A DNA stretch of 64,000 nucleotides from Eubacteriales bacterium (GCA_045657265.1 JAZOSU010000035.1:66777-130776); one strand, 5' to 3'. Numbered from the stretch's first letter, positions 46,042-55,716 are shown. Numbers and translations: made by a program. Notes: generated from the letters alone by a model not told the origin.

Positions 46042-46242
46042 ATTATTATAGACTACAGTCCGTTATGGAAAACTATGGAGAAAAATGGCATAACACAGTA
46101 TAAGCTGCTTAAATCGGGAATTGATAATAAAACACTCGATTCGCTTAAAAACAATAAAAATATCACTATGTTAACGCTTGAAAAACTGTGTACTATCATT
46201 GGATGTGAGCCAAATGACATTGTGAAATTTACAGAAAAATAA
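46042..46242 (+). CDS. small XRE/Cro-family HTH protein (start uncertain: ATT 46042/46045 or ATG 46074)
   Basis: ...IIDYSPLWKTMEKNGITQYKLLKSGIDNKTLDSLKNNKNITMLTLEKLCTIIGCEPNDIVKFTEK resembles short HTH_26-type regulators that begin M-I-x-I-D-Y-x-P-L-W. RBS GAAGGTGA at 46033-46040. It is below the size cut of the ORF track. Confidence 0.6.
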   Translation: MIIDYSPLWKTMEKNGITQYKLLKSGIDNKTLDSLKNNKNITMLTLEKLCTIIGCEPNDIVKFTEK

Positions 46243-46283
46243 AAATCACTCGTATTATACAAACACGAGTGGTTTTTTGTTTA
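46239..46283. repeat. right copy of the roughly 45-bp direct repeat (hairpin terminator)
   Basis: AAAATCACTCGT-attatacaaa-CACGAGTGGTTTTTT. It overlaps the stops of the HTH gene and of galM. Confidence 0.85.
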
Positions 46284-47273
46284 TTCAAATTCATATTGGG
46301 TTATTGTTCTGAAATGCTCACCTGCTTTGACAAGAGCGGTGGGGAAAGAGGGCTGATTTGGTGTGTCGGGGAAAAGCTCGGTTTCAAGACAGAATGCGCA
46401 GTATTGGGTAAGTCCTTTTTCGGTTTTTCCTGCTTTTTCATCAAGCCAGTTACCTGTATAAAGCTGAATTCCGGGCATATCGGTATGGCATTTCATTGTA
46501 ATTCCGTTTTCAAGGTTTTTCGCAACTGCAACGTCTTTCTTATACTCCATTTTGTCACCAAGAACAAAACAGTGGTCGTAGCCTCTTGCAGAAACTATAA
46601 GCTCGTCGCTGTCAAAAAGGTCTTTGCCGATTTTTTTAGGAGTTCTGAAATCAAATACTGTGCCTGTAACGTCACGAAGAACACCTATAGGAACAAGGTT
46701 TTTGTCAACAGGCACCATATAATCTGCTTTTATTTCAAGTACGATGTCTTTGTTTGTTTCTGCTCCTAAAGTGAAATATGAGTGGTTTGTAAAGTTAAGA
46801 ATGGTATCTTTGTCTGATACTGCATCATACTCGATAGAAAGAGTGTTGTCCTTAACTGTAAATATAACGGAAAACTCAACGTTTCCTGGGAAACCGCTCT
46901 CGCCGTCTTTTGAAAAATGAGTAAATTTAACAGAACTCTCTGAAAGTATTTCGCTTTTTAAAATCTGTCTTGCAAAAGTTGCATTTCCTCCGTGGAGACA
47001 GCTATAGTCGCGGTCGTTTATATCAAGCTTATATTCTGTATCTCCGATAGAAAATTTACCGCCGCCGATTCTGTTTGCGTATCTGCCGACGGTTGCGCCC
47101 TGAAAAGAATCGCCTGTTGTAAAATCCTCAGGGTTTTTATATCCCGCGACGCAGTCAATACCTTTAAATAAAATGTTATGTATTGTCGCGCCGTATTCTA
47201 AAATGCCAACAGAGAGCTCACCTTCTGAAATAATAAATTCGTTAAAATTTTCAAGTTTTTTTACAGTTACCAT
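46281..47273 (-). CDS. galM: aldose 1-epimerase (galactose mutarotase)
   Basis: 330 aa; GRYANRI; LHGG; FCLETE motifs of the aldose epimerase family. Confidence 0.88.
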   Translation of the reverse strand: MVTVKKLENFNEFIISEGELSVGILEYGATIHNILFKGIDCVAGYKNPEDFTTGDSFQGATVGRYANRIGGGKFSIGDTEYKLDINDRDYSCLHGGNATFARQILKSEILSESSVKFTHFSKDGESGFPGNVEFSVIFTVKDNTLSIEYDAVSDKDTILNFTNHSYFTLGAETNKDIVLEIKADYMVPVDKNLVPIGVLRDVTGTVFDFRTPKKIGKDLFDSDELIVSARGYDHCFVLGDKMEYKKDVAVAKNLENGITMKCHTDMPGIQLYTGNWLDEKAGKTEKGLTQYCAFCLETELFPDTPNQPSFPTALVKAGEHFRTITQYEFE

Positions 47274-47559
47274 AAATATTACTCCTTATATATTGTGTTT
47301 TCTATATGACCAATACCCTGTAAGTATATGTACGGGTAGTATTGACGCGTATTTGTCACAGTTTCAACGTCTGCAAAAGCAACCGCTGTTATAGTGATTT
47401 TGAGGCATCTCAGGAGCTATGCAAAAGCACGTGCAGAAAGTTTATTAAAAACAAAACTCCGTAAATTGTCTATCATATCATTTTCTTTAAAAAATATTAT
47501 ATCAACATATTGTTTACAAAACAAGTACAAAAAGATATAATTTATAAAGAGGTGATAAA

Positions 47560-48225
47560 ATGGTAAACATCGGTAACGAATGGGACAGTCTTCTTGCAGA
47601 CCAGTTTGAAGCTGATTATTATAAAAATCTTCGGGAGTTTTTAAAATCGGAATATAAAAGCAGAGTAATATATCCCCCTATGAACGATATATGGAATGCT
47701 CTCAAATCGGTAAGCTACAGTGACGTTAAAATTGTTATTTTAGGACAGGACCCCTACCACGGAGAAGGTCAGGCACACGGAATGTGTTTTTCGGTTAAAA
47801 AAGGTGTTGAGCCGCCTCCGTCACTTAAAAATATCTATAAAGAATTAAAATCTGATATCGGGTTTGAAATTCCAAGCCACGGATGTCTGCAAAGCTGGGC
47901 AGATCAGGGAGTTTTGCTTCTTAATACAGTTTTGACTGTAAGAGCGGGAGCCGCCGCAAGTCACAGAGGCAAAGGCTGGGAAATTCTCACCGACCGTATA
48001 ATAGAACTTTTAAACGAGAGAGAAAAACCTATGGTGTTTATGCTCTGGGGCAGACCTGCAAGAGAGAAAAAAACTTTTATCACCAACAAAAATCACCTTA
48101 TTTTAGAATCGGCGCATCCGTCACCTCTTTCGGCATATAACGGATTTTTCGGATGTAAACATTTTTCAAAAGCTAAAGCTTTTCTTGAAAACAACGGACA
48201 AAGTATGGACTGGAGTGTAAAATGA
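47560..48225 (+). CDS. ung: uracil-DNA glycosylase, family 1
   Basis: [15 protein letters not shown]; LLLNTVLTV; AHPSPLSA. Confidence 0.95.
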   Translation: MVNIGNEWDSLLADQFEADYYKNLREFLKSEYKSRVIYPPMNDIWNALKSVSYSDVKIVILGQDPYHGEGQAHGMCFSVKKGVEPPPSLKNIYKELKSDIGFEIPSHGCLQSWADQGVLLLNTVLTVRAGAAASHRGKGWEILTDRIIELLNEREKPMVFMLWGRPAREKKTFITNKNHLILESAHPSPLSAYNGFFGCKHFSKAKAFLENNGQSMDWSVK

Positions 48226-48836
48226 GAGCAGTAATAATAGGCGGCGCACCTATATCGGACTACGAAAACTGTAAAGAGTATTTGAAACCCGACGATTTTT
48301 ATATTTTTTGTGACAGCGGACTGTATCATATGGAGCCTCTGGGCGTGAAACCGTCTCTGATTATCGGGGATTTTGATTCTCATCCAATGCCCGAAACAGA
48401 TGTTGAAACTATCGTTTTGCCTACCGTTAAAGACGATACTGATACGGTGTTTGCCGCAAAAGAAGCCATAAAAAGAGGATTTGACGATTTTTTGATTATC
48501 GGTGCCGTCGGCGCGAGACTTGACCATACTCTTGTTAATGTGTATCTTCTTGTTTTTTTGGAAAAACAAGGCAAAACTGCAACGCTTGTGGATGATTTTG
48601 GCGAAATGTTGCTCGTTGGTCAGAATCCTGTTTTTGTTGACAAAGAATATTGTTATTTTTCACTGCTCAATATTGACGGCAGTGCTAAGGGCGTAACTAT
48701 TGAAGGCGCAAAATATAATCTTGAAAACGCAGAGATTTTGCCCGATTATCAGTACGCTACAAGTAACGAAATTTTGGAAGATAAGGCGAAAATTACTTTA
48801 AAACAAGGCAGACTACTGCTTATAAAGATAAAATAA
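48222..48836 (+). CDS. thiN: thiamine diphosphokinase
   Basis: IIGDFDS; KDDTD; GARLDH; ATGA overlap with ung. Confidence 0.88.
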   Translation: MRAVIIGGAPISDYENCKEYLKPDDFYIFCDSGLYHMEPLGVKPSLIIGDFDSHPMPETDVETIVLPTVKDDTDTVFAAKEAIKRGFDDFLIIGAVGARLDHTLVNVYLLVFLEKQGKTATLVDDFGEMLLVGQNPVFVDKEYCYFSLLNIDGSAKGVTIEGAKYNLENAEILPDYQYATSNEILEDKAKITLKQGRLLLIKIK

Positions 48837-48907
48837 CTATTGATTATTGTCATTTTTTGTGATAATATAATCTGTGGTAATTTCAAATATTGAAAGGAGT
48901 AATCCCA

Positions 48908-49600
48908 ATGAACTATTCACATGAAGTAGAAAAAATGTGCACAGTTGCTAAAGGCCCCCATCACGGTCCGGCTCCTATCCCCGAAGAGGGTAAGTGGGTA
49001 AAGGCTACTCAGATTTCTGATATCAGCGGTCTTTCACACGGTATAGGCTGGTGTGCACCGCAGCAGGGTTGCTGCAAACTCACCCTTAACGTTAAAGAAG
49101 GTATCATCGAGGAAGCTCTCGTTGAAACACTCGGTTGCTCAGGTATGACTCACTCAGCTGCTATGGCTGCAGAGATTCTTCAGGGCAAAACTCTTCTTGA
49201 AGCTCTTAACACTGACCTCGTTTGTGACGCTATCAACGTTGCTATGAGAGAAATCTTCAAACAGCTCGCTTACGGTAGAACTCAGACTGCTTTCTCAGAA
49301 AACGGTCTTCCTATCGGTGCAGGTCTTGAAGACCTTGGTAAAGGACTTCGTTCACAGGTAGGTACTATCTTTGCTACAAACGCAAAAGGTGTACGTTATC
49401 TTGAAATGGCTGAAGGTTATATCCTCAGCGTTGCTCTTGATGCTAACAACGAATGTATCGGTTACAAATTCGTTCATCTTGGCAAAATGATGGCTATGAT
49501 TCGTAAGGGCGCAGATCCTAAGGAAGCTTACGAAAAGAACATCGGACAGTACGGCAGATATGATGAAGCTGTTAAGTACATAGATCCGAGAGAAGAATAA
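48908..49600 (+). CDS. NifU/IscU-like scaffold-domain protein (usual partner of GGGtGRT proteins)
   Basis: ETLGCSGMTHSAAMAAEILQGKTLLEAL resembles the IscU core. ATG 48908 follows AAAGGAG. Strongly biased codon usage suggests high expression. Confidence 0.65.
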   Translation: MNYSHEVEKMCTVAKGPHHGPAPIPEEGKWVKATQISDISGLSHGIGWCAPQQGCCKLTLNVKEGIIEEALVETLGCSGMTHSAAMAAEILQGKTLLEALNTDLVCDAINVAMREIFKQLAYGRTQTAFSENGLPIGAGLEDLGKGLRSQVGTIFATNAKGVRYLEMAEGYILSVALDANNECIGYKFVHLGKMMAMIRKGADPKEAYEKNIGQYGRYDEAVKYIDPREE

Positions 49601-49618
49601 GAGGAGGAGGACAATATA

Positions 49619-50620
49619 ATGGCTACTTTTGAAAGTTATGAAAGAAGAATAGGCCAGATAGAGCCTATCCTCGCAAAATACGGTTTTAAAGACCTTGATG
49701 AAGCAAAAGACTACTGTCTTTCATTAGGCGTAGATGCTGAGTCTATCGTTCGCGGTGTTCAGCCTATCGCTTTTGAAAACGCTGTATGGGCTTATACTCT
49801 TGGTTGTGCTATCGCACTTAAAGAAAATGCAAAAGCTGCAGCAGACGCTGCCGTTGAAATCGGTAAAGGTCTTCAGGCTTTCTGTATCCCCGGTTCAGTT
49901 GCAGATACAAGACAGGTTGGTCTTGGCCACGGTAATCTTGCTTCAATGCTTCTTCAGGAAGAAACAAAATGCTTTGCATTCCTTGCAGGTCACGAATCTT
50001 TTGCTGCTGCTGAAGGTGCTATCGGTATCGCAAGAACTGCTAACAAAGTAAGAAAAACTCCTCTTCAGGTAATTCTTAACGGTCTTGGTAAAGACGCAGC
50101 TTATATTATCTCAAGAATTAACGGTTTTACATACGTTCAGACAGATTACGATTTCTATACAGGCGAACTTAAAGTAGTTAGCGAAACTGCTTACTCAAAC
50201 GGCGACAAAGCTAAAGTTCGTTGCTACGGCGCTAACGACGTTAACGAAGGCGTTGCTATTATGCGTCATGAATCAGTTGACGTTTCTATCACAGGTAACT
50301 CAACTAACCCCACAAGATTCCAGCATCCTGTTGCAGGTACATATAAGAAATGGGCTATCGAAAACGGTAAAGCTTACTTCTCAGTTGCATCAGGCGGCGG
50401 TACAGGACGTACACTCCATCCTGATAATATGGCTGCAGGCCCCGCTTCATACGGTCTTACAGATACAATGGGACGTATGCACGGTGACGCTCAGTTTGCA
50501 GGTTCATCTTCAGTTCCTGCTCACGTTGAGATGATGGGTCTTATCGGTGCAGGTAACAACCCAATGGTTGGTATGACTGTTGCTTGCGCAGTTGCTGTAC
50601 AGGAAGCACTTAATAAATAA
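49619..50620 (+). CDS. GGGtGRT family protein
   Basis: Contains the eponymous SGGGTGRTLHPDN motif; 333 aa. Confidence 0.8.
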   Translation: MATFESYERRIGQIEPILAKYGFKDLDEAKDYCLSLGVDAESIVRGVQPIAFENAVWAYTLGCAIALKENAKAAADAAVEIGKGLQAFCIPGSVADTRQVGLGHGNLASMLLQEETKCFAFLAGHESFAAAEGAIGIARTANKVRKTPLQVILNGLGKDAAYIISRINGFTYVQTDYDFYTGELKVVSETAYSNGDKAKVRCYGANDVNEGVAIMRHESVDVSITGNSTNPTRFQHPVAGTYKKWAIENGKAYFSVASGGGTGRTLHPDNMAAGPASYGLTDTMGRMHGDAQFAGSSSVPAHVEMMGLIGAGNNPMVGMTVACAVAVQEALNK

Positions 50621-50627
50621 GTAAATC

Positions 50628-50665
50628 AAAAATATCACCGCCGTTAAAGCGGTGATATTTTTTTA
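50628..50665 (+). terminator. rho-independent terminator
   Basis: AAATATCACCGC-cgttaaa-GCGGTGATATTTTTTT. Confidence 0.85.
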
Positions 50666-50678
50666 TGAGGGACAAACA

Positions 50679-50897
50679 TTGTTGACTTATGAATACATAG
50701 AAACTCAAAACGGTGAGATGATATTTGCTTACTATCCTGATGATGACAAAAATGCCCCCGGCAAAATTGCGCTTATCAAACAAGGCGAAGGAAGAGTAAT
50801 AGAAGAATCTTCTGAAGACTTTGGAAAAAGATATGCTTACCATGCGATATGCGGAATTAATCCACTGCAGAAGACAGGTACAGTTGCATGGTATTAA
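50679..50897 (+). CDS. hypothetical 72-aa protein
   Basis: TTG 50679 lies 8 nt after GAGG; the track GTG at 50652 lies inside the terminator stem. Product (M)LTYEYIETQNGEMIFAYYPDDDKNAPGKIALIKQGEG...GTVAWY. Confidence 0.45.
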   Translation: MLTYEYIETQNGEMIFAYYPDDDKNAPGKIALIKQGEGRVIEESSEDFGKRYAYHAICGINPLQKTGTVAWY

Positions 50898-50898
50898 A

Positions 50899-51140
50899 AC
50901 GCTCAGTTTGCAGGTTCATCTTCAGTTCCTGCTCACGCCCCGATGATGGGACTTGATCTATGCAGGTAACAACCCCGCGTCGTCGTAAAGCGTTTTGGCA
51001 CCGATTTCACCTATTCGGTAAAATCTTCGCTTTGCCGCTTACTCCTCCTTTCCCCAAAAAAGCGTATGCTTTTTCGGGGTGCCCCGGTGGTATGACAGTT
51101 GCTTGCGCAGTTGCTGTTCAGGAAGCACTTAATAAATAAG
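50899..51140 (+). pseudogene. displaced, degenerate duplicate of the last roughly 135 bp of the GGGtGRT gene, split by an insert of about 113 nt
   Basis: 50899-50937 is 39/39 identical to 50487-50525. 51089-51140 is 50/52 identical to 50570-50621, including the stop. 50975-51087 has no counterpart. Confidence 0.85.
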
Positions 51141-51180
51141 ACTTTTTGACATCTCAAGCAGAATTAAATCAATTAAAAAT

Positions 51181-51216
51181 AATTGGACACATCGTTTGAT
51201 GTGTCCAATTTTTTTA
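51181..51216. terminator. bidirectional hairpin terminator
   Basis: AATTGGACACATC-gttt-GATGTGTCCAATTTTTTT. Confidence 0.8.
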
Positions 51217-51252
51217 TATAATGCAATAATTATGTCTTTATATCATTTTAAA

Positions 51253-52302
51253 TCAGAGCAATACGTCTTCGTTTCCTGTTTTAGAAAGAATATCGGACAT
51301 ATTATACGCGTGAGTATATGCTTCTTTTCCTTCTTTATCGCGCACAATAAAACGTACGTAGCCATCGTTTGTTCTGCCCAGCCCCAGAGTAGCTTGGGTA
51401 ATGGTTTCTCCTTTTTTGGTGGGGGTGCATACCGTATTGAATCTCTGACCCATAGTTCTGACAATTCGGACAGCTTCGCTTGTATGAATATGAAACATAC
51501 AATCTTCGGTATCGTAGTAAAGTTCATATATTTCAGGCCCCTCGGATGCGTAAAAGTGGCCGTCTGTCAGAGCTTTTGTAATAGCGCCGTACTCAAGTTT
51601 TTCGGCTTTTATCATAGTGAATCCTCCGAATGAATCGGAGCGGGGGTTTTCAATCGAAAACCAATTATGGTTATCATCAGCAGCTACGCAGTAAACGTTC
51701 TGACCGTTATGAAGCATATTATCATACAGTATGCTATTGCGTTCATCGTGACCGGTAACGTAAGAACTGTAATTGACAATTTCAACTGCGTGCATTCCGT
51801 GATATTTGAGATATTCACCCTTAGATTCTTGCGACCAGACCGGATGGTTGTAGGTGACGAAAAATCCATCCGCACGTGCCTGTTCCATAAGCGAAGAAAT
51901 AAACTCGGAGTCGTATTTGCGCTCAATCGGATTACAGTTTTTGTCAAGTTCAACTTTGTCGGCGTTACTGTCAATATATTTACTGTCATGATAGATTTTC
52001 TGAACAGTTCTATCTTTATCCAATGCTATAAGGCAAAAATGGCAGGTTTTTGTGCCTACACCCAAAGGTGTATCCTCCGAAACATCAACTTCATAGCCAT
52101 TGAGCGCAACAAAATTTTCGTCAGTAAGATCGTTGTGTGTTACAAAAACCTGATGGTCTGTATAGGCGACTATCGAATACCCTTGAGCTTTGTAATTTTC
52201 TTTCATTTGCTCAGGAGACCATTTCCCGTCTGAAATGGTTGAGTGACTGTGCAGATTAGCTTTATAAAATTTTCCTTTTGGTGGCAGAAGATAGACTTTC
52301 AT
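51253..52302 (-). CDS. PHP-domain metal-dependent phosphoesterase
   Basis: KANLHSHSTISDG...YTDH... pattern of the PHP family; 349 aa. Confidence 0.75.
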   Translation of the reverse strand: MKVYLLPPKGKFYKANLHSHSTISDGKWSPEQMKENYKAQGYSIVAYTDHQVFVTHNDLTDENFVALNGYEVDVSEDTPLGVGTKTCHFCLIALDKDRTVQKIYHDSKYIDSNADKVELDKNCNPIERKYDSEFISSLMEQARADGFFVTYNHPVWSQESKGEYLKYHGMHAVEIVNYSSYVTGHDERNSILYDNMLHNGQNVYCVAADDNHNWFSIENPRSDSFGGFTMIKAEKLEYGAITKALTDGHFYASEGPEIYELYYDTEDCMFHIHTSEAVRIVRTMGQRFNTVCTPTKKGETITQATLGLGRTNDGYVRFIVRDKEGKEAYTHAYNMSDILSKTGNEDVLL

Positions 52303-52713
52303 AAAATCCTCCTTTAATTCTTGATTTATAACATTATATTACGTTAGTATATACAAGTCAACATTGATTTTCTTAACAAAACAGTTGTTATAAATCAATC
52401 TGATTTATTTTTAGAGAATTTTATTATACATATGTTGAAACAAGGGGTTTATGTTATATAATGAATTAAAATAACAAAGGTAAGGCTTTTCATTTACAAC
52501 GTAGATAACTCACATACGGCTCTTTTTAAAAAAGTCGGCAGTGATTTTATGAAAGAATACGTTTTTACACTTGAATAAAGAAGATTTTATAAGAACACCT
52601 TTTAATTTTTTCGGCAACTCCACCATTTATAGAGCTTTTGAAATTTATCTATTATAAAGTTATTGAAAAAAAGAGTATATCTTAATAAAATAAACTTAAG
52701 AAGGTGATATTGT

Positions 52714-53805
52714 ATGCAAAAAGTAACCGAACGGGTTGCGATCAATCTCAAAATGCTTCGTAAGAAGAACGGTCTTACACAGAAGAAACTTGCGGAAATA
52801 CTCGGAATCTCAGAAAAATCAATAAGTAAATGGGAACTCGGTCTGAGCCTTCCCCCAAGTATACTTCTTCCCGATTTATCAAGTGCTTTAGGTGTCAGCA
52901 TAAATACGCTTTTTGACAGTGGAATTATAAAATATTATTTAGGCATTGACGGCGGGGGAACAAAAACCGAATTTTTAATTATAGATACAAACGGAAAAGC
53001 TATAAATCACTTGGTACTCGGTCCGTCAAACCCTGTTGATATAGGAATCGAAAACTGTTATAAGATTTTAGAAAAAGGGATAAACGATGTGTGCGGCGGT
53101 ATTTCTAAAAGTGAAATTTCTCTTTTTGCAGGTCTTGCAGGAGGAAACAGCGGAAATTACAGACAGAATATAAACGCTTTTCTTTCCCGCATGGGATTCG
53201 GACGTATCGCAAACGGAAGCGATACCGAAAATGCAATTGAAACAGCTCTGCAAGAAAAAGATGGAATTGCCGTTATCATGGGTACTGGAATTATCGGATT
53301 TTCTCAAAAATCAGGAATCCGCAGACGGATAGGCGGCTGGGGATACTTACTTGACAGCGGCGGAAGCGGATATAACCTTGGCAGAGATGCGTTGGAAGCT
53401 TCCCTTAAATTTCTTGACGGCAGAGGCAAAGAAACGGTTTTGCTTTCACTTATAGAAAAAAAACTTGATAAACCGCTTCCCGATGCCATTCCTGAAATTT
53501 ACGTCAGAGGTAAGCCGTTTATAGCGCAGTTTGCTCGTTTGGTATTTAAAGCGATAGATATGGGTGACGACACTGCTCTTGAAATATTAAATAAAAATCT
53601 CACGGCAACCGCTGAGATAATCAGAGTGGGACTGTGCCATACGGGGCAAAACGTTCCCGTTGTTATATGCGGGGGCATTGCGAAACAAAAGAGATATTTA
53701 CAGCCGTTTTTTGAAAAAGTAATGCCGGATATAAATATCACCTACTGCGATACGCCGATCGTTAACGGCGCAACAGAACTTGCGAAAAAGGAATTATCAA
53801 AATGA
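52714..53805 (+). CDS. XRE-type HTH fused to a BadF/BadG/BcrA/BcrD-type ATPase (GlcNAc/MurNAc kinase-like)
   Basis: N-terminal LRKKNGLTQKKLAEILGISEKSISKWELG (HTH_3), then YYLGIDGGGTKTEF and GWGYLLDSGGSGYNLG, typical of BadF-type sugar kinases. The stop overlaps the murQ start. Confidence 0.75.
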   Translation: MQKVTERVAINLKMLRKKNGLTQKKLAEILGISEKSISKWELGLSLPPSILLPDLSSALGVSINTLFDSGIIKYYLGIDGGGTKTEFLIIDTNGKAINHLVLGPSNPVDIGIENCYKILEKGINDVCGGISKSEISLFAGLAGGNSGNYRQNINAFLSRMGFGRIANGSDTENAIETALQEKDGIAVIMGTGIIGFSQKSGIRRRIGGWGYLLDSGGSGYNLGRDALEASLKFLDGRGKETVLLSLIEKKLDKPLPDAIPEIYVRGKPFIAQFARLVFKAIDMGDDTALEILNKNLTATAEIIRVGLCHTGQNVPVVICGGIAKQKRYLQPFFEKVMPDINITYCDTPIVNGATELAKKELSK

Positions 53806-54611
53806 ACAGAACAGAAATGAGAAATGAGCGTACGAAAAACATCGATAAAATGTCTGTACGCGAAATGCTTGAAATTATCAATGATGAAAATTACACCGTT
53901 ATAAAAGCGATAAACGGTGCGCTCTGCGAAATTGAACTTGCTTGTACGGCAGTAACAGAGGCTATAAAAAATGGTGGCAGAGTTTTTTATATAGGCGCGG
54001 GTACTTCCGGAAGACTCGGCATTTTGGATGCGGTGGAGTGTCCGCCTACTTACGGCGTTGCAGACGATTTATTCAACGGAATTATCGCCGGCGGAAACAA
54101 TTGTGTTTTTAAAGCCGGTGAAAATGCCGAGGACAGCGCAGAGTCCGGAATTTCCGACCTTAAAGCACAAGGCGTATGCGGTAAAGATATCGTTATCGGT
54201 ATATCGGCAGCAGGCGGCGCGGCTTATGTTGCAGGAGCGCTTGAATATGCAAACGACATCGGTGCCAAAACAGTCGCCATAACCAACAATCCTGACACCA
54301 TAATAAGTAAAATCGCAAAGATTACCATTTTTGCCGACACGGGTGCAGAAGTCATAACAGGATCTACGAGAATGAAGGCTGGAACAAGCCAGAAAATAAT
54401 TCTTAATATGATCTCTACTGTTTCTATGATAAGATGCGGACACGTTTACGAAAACCTTATGATAAATCTCAAACCCAGCAATATCAAATTGAAAAACAGA
54501 ATGATAAGTATTGTTATGGAAATCACAGGACAATCTGCCGAAAAAGCTGAAGAACTTCTTGAAAAAGGAGACTGGAATATAAGAAAAGCGGTCGAAGGTG
54601 TAAATAAGTAA
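53802..54611 (+). CDS. murQ: N-acetylmuramic acid 6-phosphate etherase
   Basis: SIS domain GRVFYIGAGTSGRLGILDAVECPPTYG; GSTRMKAGTSQK; 269 aa. Confidence 0.92.
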   Translation: MNRTEMRNERTKNIDKMSVREMLEIINDENYTVIKAINGALCEIELACTAVTEAIKNGGRVFYIGAGTSGRLGILDAVECPPTYGVADDLFNGIIAGGNNCVFKAGENAEDSAESGISDLKAQGVCGKDIVIGISAAGGAAYVAGALEYANDIGAKTVAITNNPDTIISKIAKITIFADTGAEVITGSTRMKAGTSQKIILNMISTVSMIRCGHVYENLMINLKPSNIKLKNRMISIVMEITGQSAEKAEELLEKGDWNIRKAVEGVNK

Positions 54612-54679
54612 AATTACAACTAATGATGAATTTTTAAATCCCGTAATTTCAACGTTGCGGATGGTAAGGAGATTATAAA

Positions 54680-55324
54680 ATGACAAAACTTTTAATTATC
54701 CGTCACGGACAGAGTGAGGCAAACGCAAATTTGTTTTTTGCAGGTCACTTTAACGCAGAACTGACAGACCTGGGACAAAAACAGGCTGAATGTACCGCGC
54801 AGTTTATTCTGGATAACTATAAAGTTGACACAGTTTATTCAAGCGACCTTACCCGCGCTTTCAAAACGGGTAAAGCAGTTGCGGATTTATTCGACCTTGA
54901 GGTAATTACCGACGAAGGTTTGCGCGAGATATACGGAGGAGACTGGGAAGGACAACCATACGCCGGAGTACTTGAAAATAACAAGGATTTTCAGCATTGG
55001 CGCGAAGACGTCGGCACCGCAAGACCCACAAATGGCGAAAGCGTAGCCGAGCTTTACGAGCGTGTTTACAACATGATATGCAAAATCGCAGAAGAGAATG
55101 TCGGAAAAACTGTAGTTATTGCAACTCACGGAATGGTTATACGTACGCTTGAACTACATATTTCAGCCAGAGGCTTAGAATACTTGAAGAATATACCTTG
55201 GGTTACAAACGCATCAGTTTCGGAATTTGACTATGAAAACGGCAGACTTTATGCCGTAAAAATCTCACAGAACAATCACCTGAAAGAAAAAGGACTCATA
55301 CCCCCACCCCCCAAAAAAGCATAA
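54680..55324 (+). CDS. histidine phosphatase family protein (phosphoglycerate-mutase-like)
   Basis: LLIIRHGQSEAN (RHG motif), ATHG, with a proline-rich C-terminal tail. Confidence 0.85.
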   Translation: MTKLLIIRHGQSEANANLFFAGHFNAELTDLGQKQAECTAQFILDNYKVDTVYSSDLTRAFKTGKAVADLFDLEVITDEGLREIYGGDWEGQPYAGVLENNKDFQHWREDVGTARPTNGESVAELYERVYNMICKIAEENVGKTVVIATHGMVIRTLELHISARGLEYLKNIPWVTNASVSEFDYENGRLYAVKISQNNHLKEKGLIPPPPKKA

Positions 55325-55361
55325 AGAAATTTATTATGTCCTCGTATCTGATGAAATAATA

Positions 55362-55395
55362 AAAAATGGCCGATTGAAAAATCGGTCATTTTTTA
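55362..55395 (+). terminator. rho-independent terminator
   Basis: AAAAATGGCCGAT-tgaaaa-ATCGGTCATTTTTT. Confidence 0.8.
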
Positions 55396-55716
55396 TTAAA
55401 TAACGTTTTACTCATCACCTTTTGTCGCTACAGGTATAGAGGAAGCCGCTTTTGGTGTCTGCGTTGCCGTTTAAAAACAGAGCCTGAAAGTATATTTGTC
55501 TCTTTTCTTTTTACAAATAATCACCCCAAACGGTATTTTTTAGGTAATTATAACAAACATATTGAAATATATGTGCTTGAAGGCGAAAACGGACCGAAAC
55601 TTATTCAGAAAACCACCGTTTTTGGCAATCGCATTGTAATCGAACAGTCTGTAAATAACTTTGGCTGTTATCTTATTAAGATAAAACAACTGATAAATAC
55701 TTACCCGCACAGTCTG

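Noticed and set aside
46269-46769. 166-aa plus-strand ORF
   Set aside because: Antisense to galM (aldose 1-epimerase motifs on the minus strand). Its composition is typical of shadow ORFs. The same reasoning applies to 48093-48569, 51196-51633, 51667-52233, 40187-40663, 37869-38303 and the other short overlapping ORFs in the track.
54069-54686. 205-aa minus-strand ORF
   Set aside because: Antisense to murQ, which has clear SIS-domain motifs. It has no RBS and no recognisable similarity.
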